Shown here: positions 38,847 through 48,869 of the stretch, piece by piece
Layout: every line of letters begins with the position of its first letter
Numbering within the stretch: position 1 is the first letter of the stretch
Made by a program: the position numbers and the translations under genes
Notes under the pieces: generated by a model
Seen by the model: only the letters and a program-made list of their open reading frames with translations
Told to the model about the DNA's origin: nothing
Database searches by the model: none
Source of the DNA: Thermoproteota archaeon
GTDB lineage: Archaea > Thermoproteota > Methanomethylicia > Methanomethylicales > Methanomethylicaceae
Assembly (NCBI GenBank): GCA_029887765.1
Contig: JARXPF010000001.1
Location: 488 to 64,487 of the forward strand
Direction: 5' to 3'
DNA length: 64,000 nucleotides

Positions 38847-39934
38847 TATTGAATTGTTAAATCTCCTTTTTCTGACCAAATAAATTTTAATCTTTTTCTA
38901 TTTTTATAAAGACCTTTTTGAAGTATATATCCAACTATGAGAGGTAGTGCAATTGTAGCTTCAACATAAACAGTAGCTCTAGTAGCCTTCTTACATATTT
39001 TACCCCAAGATTTAGCTTCATCTAAAGTACTTCCACTCAATCCTCCCCAATGTGGAGGTTCAGTAGTTATTTGAAAAGCATAATGATGACCTTCAGTATA
39101 ATCTAACATAACTGCAGCATCATTTATATAGTTTTTAGGAACCCCTCCTCCAATATATATTGCACCAGTTTTTTTAGACTTCAATATTATTTGAGCAATT
39201 TCATAATTATCTTTCATTACATCAATTACAAAAGTTTCAATTCCATGCTCCTTAGCCCATTTAAAGTAACCAGCTAAACTTATTCCTATTGAACTATCTG
39301 CAATAGCAGGACAAAATATTGGAACTCCATATTTATATGCATTATATAATATAGATTCTTCATCATTTAAAGTAGATCCTAGTAAATAAAGAAATTCTCT
39401 TGTAGAATATCTTTTTGGCTCAAGTGTAGAACAAAATTCAGCTATTTTTTCATCACAATTAACAAATCCAATTTCATCAACATATGCATCATATATTCTA
39501 TCAATATATAAATCTCTAAGTTTTTCATCATCAATATTTGAAGAAGCTTTGTAATGTTTATAACCTTGAGCTATATAGTAATCTTGATATAATATAGCAC
39601 CTGTAGAAACAATAACATCAACAATTCCTTTAAGAATCATATCACTTATAACTTTTCTTAAACCTCCAGCTATTAAAGCTCCAGCTAATCCTAGAAAAAT
39701 AGTTGGTCTATCTTCATCTAATAACATATTTTCATAAACCATAGCACATTCAGCTAAATTACGAGATTGAATACCACAGTTTTTCCAATTTTCTACTAAA
39801 TCTTTTATAGTTATAATTTTTTTAAGATCTAATGGTATTATGGGATGACTGAGAAGTTTTTCTCTTAATTCTAAATCCTCTTCCTTGAGTTCAATTTCAT
39901 CAATTTTTTTCTTAAAATACTTCAAAAGTTGCAC
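38843..39934 (-). CDS. dys: Deoxyhypusine synthase.
   Basis: 363 aa. DHS-family blocks: DVIVSTGAI, GGGVPKN, HWGGLSGST, EA.SWGKI. Confidence 0.7.
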   Translation of the reverse strand: MQLLKYFKKKIDEIELKEEDLELREKLLSHPIIPLDLKKIITIKDLVENWKNCGIQSRNLAECAMVYENMLLDEDRPTIFLGLAGALIAGGLRKVISDMILKGIVDVIVSTGAILYQDYYIAQGYKHYKASSNIDDEKLRDLYIDRIYDAYVDEIGFVNCDEKIAEFCSTLEPKRYSTREFLYLLGSTLNDEESILYNAYKYGVPIFCPAIADSSIGISLAGYFKWAKEHGIETFVIDVMKDNYEIAQIILKSKKTGAIYIGGGVPKNYINDAAVMLDYTEGHHYAFQITTEPPHWGGLSGSTLDEAKSWGKICKKATRATVYVEATIALPLIVGYILQKGLYKNRKRLKFIWSEKGDLTIQY

Positions 39935-40058
39935 CTCTTAATGAGTAAAATAAAAATAAAGAGTAATATATAAGCTTCTAACTCAGTTTTCTATACTTCA
40001 ATTATTAAAAAATAAATTTTAATTTGAGAAATTTTAGAATTAAAAAGAGTGATTTTAA

Positions 40059-41003
40059 ATGTCAAATAAGATAAAAGTAACAGCCCCTGCTACAATTGCC
40101 AATTTAGGACCAGGATTTGATTTAATTGGTTTAGCTTTAAATGAACCTAGAGATTTTTTAGAAGTAACTTTAGAAAAAGAAGGAAATGATGTATTAGAAG
40201 TTCAAGGAATTTATGCAAATACAATTTCAAAAAATCCAGAGAAAAATTCAGCCATGGTTGCAGGAAGAGCTGTTCTTGAGAAAGTTGGTAAGGAAAAATA
40301 TTCTATAAAAATGAAACTCATAAAAGGAGTGCCTCCAAGAATAGGTCTTGGAAGTTCTGGAGCTTCTTCTGCTGCAGGAGCTTATGCAGTTAATTACTTA
40401 TTAGGAATGCCTCTTAATATGGAAGAATTACTTGAATGTGCTATGAAGGGTGAAAAAGCAGCTTGTGGTTCTCCTCATGCAGATAATGTTGCACCTGCTT
40501 TATTTGGCGGAATTACTTTGATATTATCATTTAATCCTATAAAAGTTATAAAATTTGAACCTATTACAAATGTAGACATAGTTGTAATAACACCTCAATT
40601 AGAAATAGGTGATGAAAAAACTAGAATTGCAAGAGAAATTTTGCCAAAAGAAATTTCTCTTCATGTTATGGTAAATCAAATGCAATCTTTTGCTAATCTT
40701 ATTATAGGCATAATGAAAAAGGATTTAAAAACTATGGGATTAGGCATCTCAGGAGATTTTGTTATAGAATCTGCAAGATCGAAGTTAATTCCAAAATTTT
40801 ATGATTTAAAAAAAGAGGCATTAGAATTGGGGGCATATGGATTTTCAATAAGTGGAGCAGGTCCTTCAATGTTTGCAATTTGTCCAAAAAATTTAAGTGA
40901 ATATATAGGAAGGAAATTAGTAAATATTCTTAAGAATGAAGGAATTGACTCTAAATTTTCAATACACAATAATTCTAAGGAAGGTGTGATTATTGTACCC
41001 TAA
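40059..41003 (+). CDS. thrB: Homoserine kinase (GHMP kinase).
   Basis: 314 aa with PATIANLGPGFD and GHMP motif PPRIGLGSSGASSAA. Confidence 0.9.
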   Translation: MSNKIKVTAPATIANLGPGFDLIGLALNEPRDFLEVTLEKEGNDVLEVQGIYANTISKNPEKNSAMVAGRAVLEKVGKEKYSIKMKLIKGVPPRIGLGSSGASSAAGAYAVNYLLGMPLNMEELLECAMKGEKAACGSPHADNVAPALFGGITLILSFNPIKVIKFEPITNVDIVVITPQLEIGDEKTRIAREILPKEISLHVMVNQMQSFANLIIGIMKKDLKTMGLGISGDFVIESARSKLIPKFYDLKKEALELGAYGFSISGAGPSMFAICPKNLSEYIGRKLVNILKNEGIDSKFSIHNNSKEGVIIVP

Positions 41004-42204
41004 ATCAAAATTGAGATGTATAAATTGTGGTAAAGAATATGATAGTAATGAAATAGTATATACTTGTAGAATTTGTAATTCTTTATTAGAAGTTATAATA
41101 GAAGTACCTAAGATATCATTAAAAGATATGAAAAAAAGAGAATTTGGTGTATGGCGTTATCGTGAATTTATACCAATAGAAAATGATTATGAAATTATAA
41201 CTTTAAAAGAAGGTGGAACTCCACTTTATGAATGTAATAGATTAGCTAAATTAATTGGTATAAAGAAATTATATATAAAGTATGAAGGGACAAATCCTAC
41301 AGGTAGTTTTAAGGATAGGGGAATGACTGTTGGAGTTACTAAAGCAAAAAGTTTAGGTTCAAAAGCAGTAGCTTGTGCTTCTACTGGAAATACATCAGCA
41401 TCTTTAGCTGCATATGCAGCTAGAGCAGGATTGACTTGTTATGTATTATTACCTGCAGATAAAGTAGCCTTAGGTAAACTTGCTCAAGCATTAATGCATG
41501 GAGCAAAAGTAATATCAGTTAGAGGAAATTTTGATATTGCTCTTAAAATAGTAATGGAACTTTCTCAAAAATTGGATATTTATATTTTGAATAGTGTTAA
41601 TCCATGGAGATTAGAAGGTCAAAAAACTTTAGCATTTGAAATTGTTGATCAACTAGGTCATGTACCAGATATTGTATGTGTACCCATGGGTAATTGTGGA
41701 AATATTTCAGCAATATGGAAAGGATTTAAAGAATTTTATAAATCAGGGATTATTGATAAATTGCCAAGGATGTTTGGTGTACAAGCAGAAGGAGCTGCTC
41801 CAGTTGTAAATATGTTGAGAAAAGGTTATAATACATTAATCCCCGTCACTCATCCAGAAACTATTGCAACTGCTATAAGAATTGGAAATCCAGTAAATTG
41901 GCCAAAGGCAGTAATGGCATTAAAAGAATCTAATGGACTTTATGAAGCAGTTTCAGATGAAGAAATTATTGAAGCTCAACGTTTAATAGCTACACTTGAA
42001 GGAATAGGAGTAGAACCTGCAAGTGCAGCTTCTTTAGCTGGATTAAGAAAAGCAGTATTAAATGGAATTATAAGTAGTGATATTGAAGCAGTATGTATTT
42101 GTACTGGGCATTTACTAAAGGATCCAGAAGAAGTTTTGAAAGTTTGTGGTAAACCTATAGAAGTTCCACCAGATGCTAAGTTAATGTATCAGAAATTCTC
42201 ATAA
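40993..42204 (+). CDS. thrC: Threonine synthase (PLP-dependent) with an N-terminal Zn-ribbon.
   Basis: 403 aa with PTGSFKDRGM (PLP lysine) and CASTGNTSAS. The N-terminus has C..C...C..C. Confidence 0.9.
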   Translation: MYPKSKLRCINCGKEYDSNEIVYTCRICNSLLEVIIEVPKISLKDMKKREFGVWRYREFIPIENDYEIITLKEGGTPLYECNRLAKLIGIKKLYIKYEGTNPTGSFKDRGMTVGVTKAKSLGSKAVACASTGNTSASLAAYAARAGLTCYVLLPADKVALGKLAQALMHGAKVISVRGNFDIALKIVMELSQKLDIYILNSVNPWRLEGQKTLAFEIVDQLGHVPDIVCVPMGNCGNISAIWKGFKEFYKSGIIDKLPRMFGVQAEGAAPVVNMLRKGYNTLIPVTHPETIATAIRIGNPVNWPKAVMALKESNGLYEAVSDEEIIEAQRLIATLEGIGVEPASAASLAGLRKAVLNGIISSDIEAVCICTGHLLKDPEEVLKVCGKPIEVPPDAKLMYQKFS

Positions 42205-42212
42205 TAAAGTAA

Positions 42213-43118
42213 TTATTTTACAGATATCATTTCAAATGGTTTTATAATTCTTGATAATAAATCAGTTCGAGTTATAATCCCAATAGGTTTTCCATTCTCA
42301 TCAATAACAATTAATCTCCCTATACTTGATTTACGCATTTTATTCATTGCTTCTAAAATATCTTCATTTAAATTTATAGTAACAGGTTTTCTAGTAGCAG
42401 CTTCCTTAACTGTAATATCAATTTTACCTTCGCTTAAACATTTTGCTATATCTGAACTTGTTAATAAACCAATTAAATTATTATTTTCATCAATAATAGG
42501 TGCAGCTCTTATAAATTCTCTATATATAATTGCTGCTGCTTCTCTTAAAGACATATTTGGAGTTAAATATACTAATCTTTTTGACATTATATTCTTTACA
42601 GATTCCTTAGGTATACTAACAATATTTATAACTTCAAGAAGTAATTCACCATGAAGTTCATCTCTTCCTATTATTTTACCTTCAATTATCATTCTTCCAG
42701 ATGAAGCTGGTCCTACAATAATTTCTTCTCCAATATTTAATTGAGAAACCTTACCAATTATTTTTAATAATGCTTGACAAAAATCAGGACTATAAACACT
42801 CTTAAAAATAATATCAGAAACAAAAGCACCAGTAGCTTCTCCATTTTTCCTAAAAATTGGAATATTAATAGATCTATAATGTTCTGGAATATTAAAACAT
42901 TCATATGCTTTACTAGTTGGTAAATAACCTCCACTAGGACCAGGTATGGATTCTATAAGTCCTAAAGCTCTGAGAGTAGGCATAATATTTCTTATAGTAC
43001 CTTCTCCTTTTCTAATTTTCATAGCAATTTCCTTACTTTTTACAAAATTTTTTTTCTGTTCATAAATTTCAATAAGTGCAAGAATTATTTCTTTTTGAGG
43101 TCGGGTTAAATTAACCAT
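42213..43118 (-). CDS. Winged-helix DNA-binding protein with a tandem CBS-domain pair.
   Basis: 301 aa. N-terminal wHTH-like region and two CBS repeats near the C-terminus. Confidence 0.6.
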   Translation of the reverse strand: MVNLTRPQKEIILALIEIYEQKKNFVKSKEIAMKIRKGEGTIRNIMPTLRALGLIESIPGPSGGYLPTSKAYECFNIPEHYRSINIPIFRKNGEATGAFVSDIIFKSVYSPDFCQALLKIIGKVSQLNIGEEIIVGPASSGRMIIEGKIIGRDELHGELLLEVINIVSIPKESVKNIMSKRLVYLTPNMSLREAAAIIYREFIRAAPIIDENNNLIGLLTSSDIAKCLSEGKIDITVKEAATRKPVTINLNEDILEAMNKMRKSSIGRLIVIDENGKPIGIITRTDLLSRIIKPFEMISVK

Positions 43119-43161
43119 AGCTCATCCTAAAAAATTATAATTATTAAAATAGATAAATTTT

Positions 43162-43944
43162 TTATGTTAGATCACCACAAATACAAAAAAGCTCATTTAT
43201 TGCACTATATAGTTCCATAAATCCAATACCTTTAGTACTAGATACCATAATAGTTCGCTTTTTCTTTTCAAGCATTTTTAAAACTTCTTGAAGTTCTTGT
43301 GTTAATCCAATTATAGTTTTACTAGTATCTAGAAGCAAAGTTTCATTATTTAATAAATCACACTTACTTATTATTTCTATTGAAGGAATATTCAATCTAA
43401 GCTCTACTATTAAACTCATAAGTTTAAGTGTTATAAAATCACTCATTTTTCTCATAAATGATGAATCTATTAAAAAAATTGAGGCTTTTCTTCCATTTAA
43501 ATAACTTGATAAAAGTGGACCTAAATCTCTAAATAAAAATATTTCCATTTGACCAGGTGTATCTATAATTATATAATCTCCATTTAGGCTATTAATTTCT
43601 TCTGAAATTTCTTTAGAATTTTCTTCAATAATTTGAGCAGCTCTTATGAGGGCACCATTTGGTCCAAGATTTTCATTTTTCATTATTTCATATACTCTTA
43701 CTAATTTTCTTATATCAAAATTAGGATTAAATGGAATATTTTCTACACCTGGATCTAAATTTACATAATTAACAATATAACCTTCTTTTTCAAGCCATTT
43801 TCCAAATGAGAATGTAAGCATAGTTTTTCCAGAACCAGCAGGTCCAATTATTAATAAATTAACCATAACAACATATAGGAAATTTGAAATTATTAAATAT
43901 TCTAGAAAAAAAAATAAAAAATTAACTAGTTCTAATGAAAGCAC
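43162..43944 (-). CDS. GPN-loop GTPase (XAB1/Npa3/PAB0955 family).
   Basis: 260 aa with P-loop GPAGSGKT, NLDPG, GPN motif LGPNGA and DTPGQME. Confidence 0.85.
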   Translation of the reverse strand: MLSLELVNFLFFFLEYLIISNFLYVVMVNLLIIGPAGSGKTMLTFSFGKWLEKEGYIVNYVNLDPGVENIPFNPNFDIRKLVRVYEIMKNENLGPNGALIRAAQIIEENSKEISEEINSLNGDYIIIDTPGQMEIFLFRDLGPLLSSYLNGRKASIFLIDSSFMRKMSDFITLKLMSLIVELRLNIPSIEIISKCDLLNNETLLLDTSKTIIGLTQELQEVLKMLEKKKRTIMVSSTKGIGFMELYSAINELFCICGDLT

Positions 43945-45517
43945 CTGTTAAAGTTTCTTTTAATAATTCTTCTGAATGAGGTTTTGTAATGAAAGCTGTA
44001 ATTAATGTTACTAATGTACTTGCAATAAATCCAGGAACTACTGCATATAAAGCTACTACATTAGGAATTATTATGTTTCTACCCCATATCCAGAATGAAA
44101 TGAGTGTTACAATAAAGCCTGCAAGCATTCCAAATCTTGCTGCATGTTTATTCATTCTCTTCCAGTATAAACCACCTACAATTGGCCAGAAGAAGCAATT
44201 TACCATTATTGAAAGAGCAGCCCATATAAACCATGCAAGCATAGGTTGTGGTGTTAAAGATAACCACCAAGAGGTTACTCCTATTACTATTATAGTTATT
44301 CTACTTATCCATTTTAGAGCATTATCTGAAATATTTGATTTCATAACATTCTTAATTATATCATATGAAACATTACTTGCTGCAGTTACAAGAAGTCTAT
44401 CTGTTGTAGACATCACAGCTGCTAATACACAAGGCAACAATAATATGAAAATTTCAAATGGTAAAGCAGCTTTTGCTATTGTTGGAAAAGCCATATCACT
44501 CCAAGCTACTACAACTCCACCTTCAAGTGTTAAAGAAGATATTTGCAACTTTCCTTGTGCCCATGCTACTCTAGCAGCTAAGCCTATTAATGATGTACTT
44601 AATATTATAGGTACACTTAATACATACATTAATAATGGTCCCCATCTTGTGTATTTAACATCCTTAAAGCATAATACATTATTAACTATATGTGGTGCAA
44701 CCATTAAGCCTAATGGAACTGTAAGTCCAAAGAGTGTTAAATTATAGACCCATCCTACTAGTGGCATCTCTGCTGGTCCGAATGGTTTATCTAAGAATGT
44801 TGCAAAAGTATAAGTTTCAGATAATCCTCTAACAACTTTTTGTAATATTGGAACTTGAGAAGTAAGTTCATTTAAAGCAACCCATCCTCCAACCCATCCT
44901 ATTATCATAGGTGCCATTACTATAGCAATTATAATCATTATTAAAGCTTGTAAGAATGTTGTCCATGCTGTAGAAAACATTCCACCACTAATAACATAAC
45001 CTATAACTACTATTAATGCTATGAAAGAAGCTATTGAATATGGTATTCCTAAGACTACTTCACTTACAACTCCTATTGCTGTATATTGACCAATTAAGTA
45101 AGCAAAGCAAGTAGCAGTAGAAATTGTTCCAGCAATTAATCTTATCCATTTACTATCTTCATAACGTATAGCTAAATAATCTTGCATTGTAAGTATTTGA
45201 AATTTCTTTCTTAAACTCCACATTTTATAACCAATTAATAGAGTACAGAAGGAAATGGCAAAAGGTGGTCCTATTACTCTTTCCCAAAGATTTGCCCAAC
45301 CACTTTGAAAACCAAGACCTGCTACTCCTATTATTGTCATTCCACTTGTCACAGAGCCTATCATTAATAATACATAAGTCCAAAATCCTAATTGTCCAGA
45401 AGCTGCAATAAAATCAGCAGTAGTTTTTGCTTTTTTAGCACCAAATATAGAAATTAATGCAATTGCAATAAAGTAAGCTGCTGTTATACCAATGGTAAGT
45501 ATATCGAAATTATTCAT
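43922..45517 (-). CDS. Sodium:solute symporter (SSS) family transporter (paralog 2).
   Basis: 531 aa with about 13 TM helices. Its start overlaps (ATGA) the small upstream ORF. Confidence 0.8.
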   Translation of the reverse strand: MNNFDILTIGITAAYFIAIALISIFGAKKAKTTADFIAASGQLGFWTYVLLMIGSVTSGMTIIGVAGLGFQSGWANLWERVIGPPFAISFCTLLIGYKMWSLRKKFQILTMQDYLAIRYEDSKWIRLIAGTISTATCFAYLIGQYTAIGVVSEVVLGIPYSIASFIALIVVIGYVISGGMFSTAWTTFLQALIMIIIAIVMAPMIIGWVGGWVALNELTSQVPILQKVVRGLSETYTFATFLDKPFGPAEMPLVGWVYNLTLFGLTVPLGLMVAPHIVNNVLCFKDVKYTRWGPLLMYVLSVPIILSTSLIGLAARVAWAQGKLQISSLTLEGGVVVAWSDMAFPTIAKAALPFEIFILLLPCVLAAVMSTTDRLLVTAASNVSYDIIKNVMKSNISDNALKWISRITIIVIGVTSWWLSLTPQPMLAWFIWAALSIMVNCFFWPIVGGLYWKRMNKHAARFGMLAGFIVTLISFWIWGRNIIIPNVVALYAVVPGFIASTLVTLITAFITKPHSEELLKETLTGAFIRTS

Positions 45518-45699
45518 CCAGACACCTCCTTATTTGAAGGTTTCCATTTTATAGCCCATAAAAATAGTATTATCACTTGAATTATTACAGGAATTATTAA
45601 ACAAGCAAATGTAATTGGTAACATACCTAATATTCGATCTGTTGATGATAATTGCTCTTTAATAATGAAAATAGCCATTAAAATACTGAAAATTTCCAT
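45514..45699 (-). CDS. Small 61-aa two-TM membrane protein coupled to the downstream SSS transporter (putative SSS small subunit).
   Basis: This ORF is in the track. Its start overlaps the stop of the PaaK-like gene and its stop overlaps the SSS start. Confidence 0.5.
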   Translation of the reverse strand: MEIFSILMAIFIIKEQLSSTDRILGMLPITFACLIIPVIIQVIILFLWAIKWKPSNKEVSG

Positions 45700-46649
45700 T
45701 ATTCCAACCTCCTTAAATCCATTATTCTTTTTGCTTTACCATCACTTCTTGGTAATGTACCAGGAGGAAGAATTTCTATATTAGTTCTAAGTTGAGTTAC
45801 TTTCTTAATTTCATTAAATATTTCTTGTCTTAATTTTTCAATAAGGCTTGTATTTCCTGCTACTCCATTATTTACTTCTAATTTTATGGTTATATCATCA
45901 ATGCCAGAAAGCACTATTAAGAAGTTTCCATTAGTTTCTTTATGAGATGCTATTATTTGTTCTATAGTAGATGGATAAAGACCAATACCTCTAATTTTAA
46001 TCATATCATCAATTCTACCTTTTATCCAATCAATTTTTATATGAGTTCTTCCACATTCACATTGATCATCTATGAATTTTGTTATATCTCCTGTTCTATA
46101 ACGAATCAATGGCATTGCTTCTCTTGTAAGTGGAGTTATTACAAGTTCTCCTTCTTCTTCCATGTCTAAAGGCTCTCCTGTTTTTGGATCTATGATTTCA
46201 GCAAGAAAATGATCCTCCCAAATATGTAAACCAGATTTGAATTTACATTCAATAGCAACACCTGGACCTCCAACCTCAGCAAAGCCATAATTATTAAATG
46301 CTTCTATTTCAAGTCCATTTTCTATTTTCTTTCGCATTTCTTTAGTCCAAGACTCAGCACCTAATATTCCAATTCTAAGTTTAAGTGAATTTCTAAATCC
46401 ATCATTAGTCTCAAGAACTTCAATTAAACGTAAAGCAAAAGAAGGTATTGCATGAAATATTGTAACACCGAAATCTCGCATAATTTCTAATTGTTTTTCA
46501 GGACTTCCTGAACCGAATGGAATTACAGTAATACCAAATCTTTCTGCTCCTTGAATTAATCCAAGTCCTCCAGTAAACATTCCTTGTGAAGTTGTATTTT
46601 GAAATATATCACCTTTTCTTGCTCCTACACATGCAAATCCTCTAGCCAT
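45699..46649 (-). CDS. Phenylacetate-CoA ligase (PaaK / coenzyme F390 synthetase) family. These are the ORF-supported coordinates. Homologous N-terminal coding sequence continues in-frame up to 47006 without any start codon, so the gene may be disrupted.
   Basis: 316 aa ORF, PaaK-like throughout. Translating the in-frame upstream region gives PNLEKIDRESL...LPFTTKKDL...RIHSSSGTTNKPITTFYTKKDLKTWSEL, the PaaK N-terminus with its P-loop. Confidence 0.7.
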   Translation of the reverse strand: MARGFACVGARKGDIFQNTTSQGMFTGGLGLIQGAERFGITVIPFGSGSPEKQLEIMRDFGVTIFHAIPSFALRLIEVLETNDGFRNSLKLRIGILGAESWTKEMRKKIENGLEIEAFNNYGFAEVGGPGVAIECKFKSGLHIWEDHFLAEIIDPKTGEPLDMEEEGELVITPLTREAMPLIRYRTGDITKFIDDQCECGRTHIKIDWIKGRIDDMIKIRGIGLYPSTIEQIIASHKETNGNFLIVLSGIDDITIKLEVNNGVAGNTSLIEKLRQEIFNEIKKVTQLRTNIEILPPGTLPRSDGKAKRIMDLRRLE

Positions 46650-47010
46650 TAATTCAGACCAAGTCTTAAGATCTTTCTTAGTATAGAAAGTTGTAATAGG
46701 CTTATTAGTAGTACCTGATGATGAATGTATACGAAGTACTTTATTTATAGGAACTGCTAAAGCACCAAATGGAAAGCAATTTATTAAATCCTTTTTTGTT
46801 GTAAATGGAAGTTTATGTAAATCCTCAAGTCCATTTATAGAATTTATTCCTGCTTGTGCTAGTTTTTCCCTTAAAAATGGAACTTTTTTAGCCCTATTAA
46901 GGGCCTTTAAAAATCTTATTTTTTGTATTTTTTTAAGACTTTCTCTATCTATTTTTTCTAAATTTGGTTGGAAATAGACCTCAGAATTTGTAAAGACAAC
47001 TCCTCCCTAT

Positions 47011-47117
47011 GCTTTGCAAAAAGCCACACCTCCTTCTTCTTTCACTGGAGTGCGTACTACTGCAAGTGTTTTAATAAACTAGATTCCTCCTTGCAGTCAC
47101 CCGCACTCCTCCAGTGA
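47011..47117. other. GC-rich structured element. A short hairpin (GCTTT-GCA-AAAGC, 47011-47024) is followed by a ~74-nt imperfect hairpin (47043-47116) with stems CACUGGAG/CUCCAGUG, UGCG/CGCA and UGCAAG/CUUGCA.
   Basis: Inverted repeats read directly from the sequence. Local GC is far above the window average. It lies between the SSS gene and the start-less PaaK-like gene on the transcribed (minus) strand. Confidence 0.5.
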
Positions 47118-47162
47118 AAAAAATTTATTAAATTATTGCATATTTAAATTTTTTGGAAAAAA

Positions 47163-48701
47163 TTAAGAAAAAAGTTCTTTTAGTCTTTCTTCTGGTAATG
47201 GCTTAGTCAATAGACTTGTTATGAAGTATATTACTCCACAGCCAAGCATTAATGTAAGTGCCCATATGCCCCAATGATTAAATGGATAAACATATTTTCC
47301 ATATACTGATGGATGTAGTAGAGCTACTATCATTCCATATATAATTGTGCAAAGTGCACCCATTTTTGTAGCTCTCTTCCAATACATGGATACAGCTACT
47401 ACAAAGAAGAATATTCCTGCTTGAGCTACTGCCGATCCTGCCATAAATTCTGATAATACTGGTGGTGGAGAAGTATAAGTCCACCATAATGGAATTACCA
47501 TTATTGGGATTATGAGTATTCTTGAAATTAAAAGAAGTTTCTTTGCACTTATATTAGGTATAGCATTATTTATTATATCTCTTGTAATATTTGTAGCCAT
47601 TACCATTACCATACCAGCTAATGTTGAAATTGCAGCAGAGAATACAGCCATGGAAAATGCTGCCCCTCCTATAGGACCACCCATAGCCATACTAACTAAT
47701 GTAGCAGCAGCATCACCATAAACTGGAGCAATTTTCATAAGTTCTGATCCCCAAACTGCTCTAGCTACAAAACCCATGACACCAATCATAAGTGGAGTTA
47801 AACAGTTTAATATTACTATTAACATTAGTATTGAATATTCTCTTTTTGTTATTTTTCTTATTCCAAGGAATCTAGCAATATTATGTGGAAAACCTGTTGC
47901 CATTAAAAGGAACATAAGCATAGCTGCAGTTACACCAATCCAATCATTTCCAGCAAAAGCAGGAGAAATAGGAGCAATGTAATTATTTAATTGAATTCCT
48001 GTATCTACTCCTCCTGGTCTTACGAATGTAGATTTTTCTATTGCTTCTGCTACTTTATCTGGTCCTCCTGCCCATATTATAGAACCTATTCCAAATATCC
48101 ATCCAACTATCATAAATATTAATCCTTGTATAGCTAAAGAGAATTGAGTTCCAGTATATCCTCCAAGTGCTAAATATATTCCACAAATTAAAGCAGTGAA
48201 TATTAAACTTAAAAGCCAGTCCATTCCTGTTGTTAATTTCCATACTGAAGCCATGACTTTATATTGTCCAACACTATATACTATTAATAAAAGAATCATT
48301 ACAATACCAACAATTGCTTGTAAAAATTTACTATTAAAGCGAAGTCTTACAACTTCTGGAACTGTTTTAGCTCCTAGAGCAGCATATCTTCGCATTCTAT
48401 ATCCTAAGACTACACATAAAGAAAGACCCATTAAGTTTGTTACTCCTATTAACCAAGATCCAGACCAACCATATGTATAAGCAAGTCCAGCATTTCCATA
48501 AATAGCCCAGCCACTCATCCATGTTGCTGTAAGTGCTAAACCAGTTACAATTGGTCCTAAATCTCCATGACCAATTAACCATTCATCAAAGCTCTTAGAT
48601 TTTCTAAAGAAGAATATGCTAACTCCTGCACTTATGATTAACATTAATGCTATTCCAATGATAGTAGAAATTGCACTATCTGATGTAGGTTGTGGTATCA
48701 T
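47163..48701 (-). CDS. Sodium:solute symporter (SSS) family transporter (paralog 3).
   Basis: 512 aa polytopic protein. Its ATG directly abuts the stop of an upstream 55-aa membrane ORF. Confidence 0.8.
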   Translation of the reverse strand: MIPQPTSDSAISTIIGIALMLIISAGVSIFFFRKSKSFDEWLIGHGDLGPIVTGLALTATWMSGWAIYGNAGLAYTYGWSGSWLIGVTNLMGLSLCVVLGYRMRRYAALGAKTVPEVVRLRFNSKFLQAIVGIVMILLLIVYSVGQYKVMASVWKLTTGMDWLLSLIFTALICGIYLALGGYTGTQFSLAIQGLIFMIVGWIFGIGSIIWAGGPDKVAEAIEKSTFVRPGGVDTGIQLNNYIAPISPAFAGNDWIGVTAAMLMFLLMATGFPHNIARFLGIRKITKREYSILMLIVILNCLTPLMIGVMGFVARAVWGSELMKIAPVYGDAAATLVSMAMGGPIGGAAFSMAVFSAAISTLAGMVMVMATNITRDIINNAIPNISAKKLLLISRILIIPIMVIPLWWTYTSPPPVLSEFMAGSAVAQAGIFFFVVAVSMYWKRATKMGALCTIIYGMIVALLHPSVYGKYVYPFNHWGIWALTLMLGCGVIYFITSLLTKPLPEERLKELFS

Positions 48702-48869
48702 TTATATCTCCTCCCATTTTTTTATTCTAAGAATTAGAAGTAATATACACCAAATTACACATACAATGAAAATTCCAAAGTATGATGCCCAACCTCCAAT
48801 ATTAGCTGCAATAATTGGAACTGAAATAAAGCATAAAGATAGTAAAATTAGAATAATGATAGCATTCAT
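48702..48869 (-). CDS. Small 55-aa two-TM membrane protein (MNAIIILILLSLCFISVPIIAANIGGWASYFGIFIVCVIWCILLLILRIKKWEEI), a putative SSS small subunit. It is not in the ORF track.
   Basis: GGAGGA Shine-Dalgarno 8 nt upstream. Its ATG overlaps the regulator's TGA stop (ATGA), and its TAA is immediately followed by the SSS ATG. Confidence 0.5.
   Translation of the reverse strand: MNAIIILILLSLCFISVPIIAANIGGWASYFGIFIVCVIWCILLLILRIKKWEEI

Noticed and set aside
47011-47125. Considered whether the GC-rich island is a tRNA or other known ncRNA gene.
   Set aside because: There is no T-loop GTTCRANYC, no D-loop or acceptor-stem symmetry, no C/D boxes (RUGAUGA/CUGA) and no terminal ACA. It is kept as an unclassified structured element instead.
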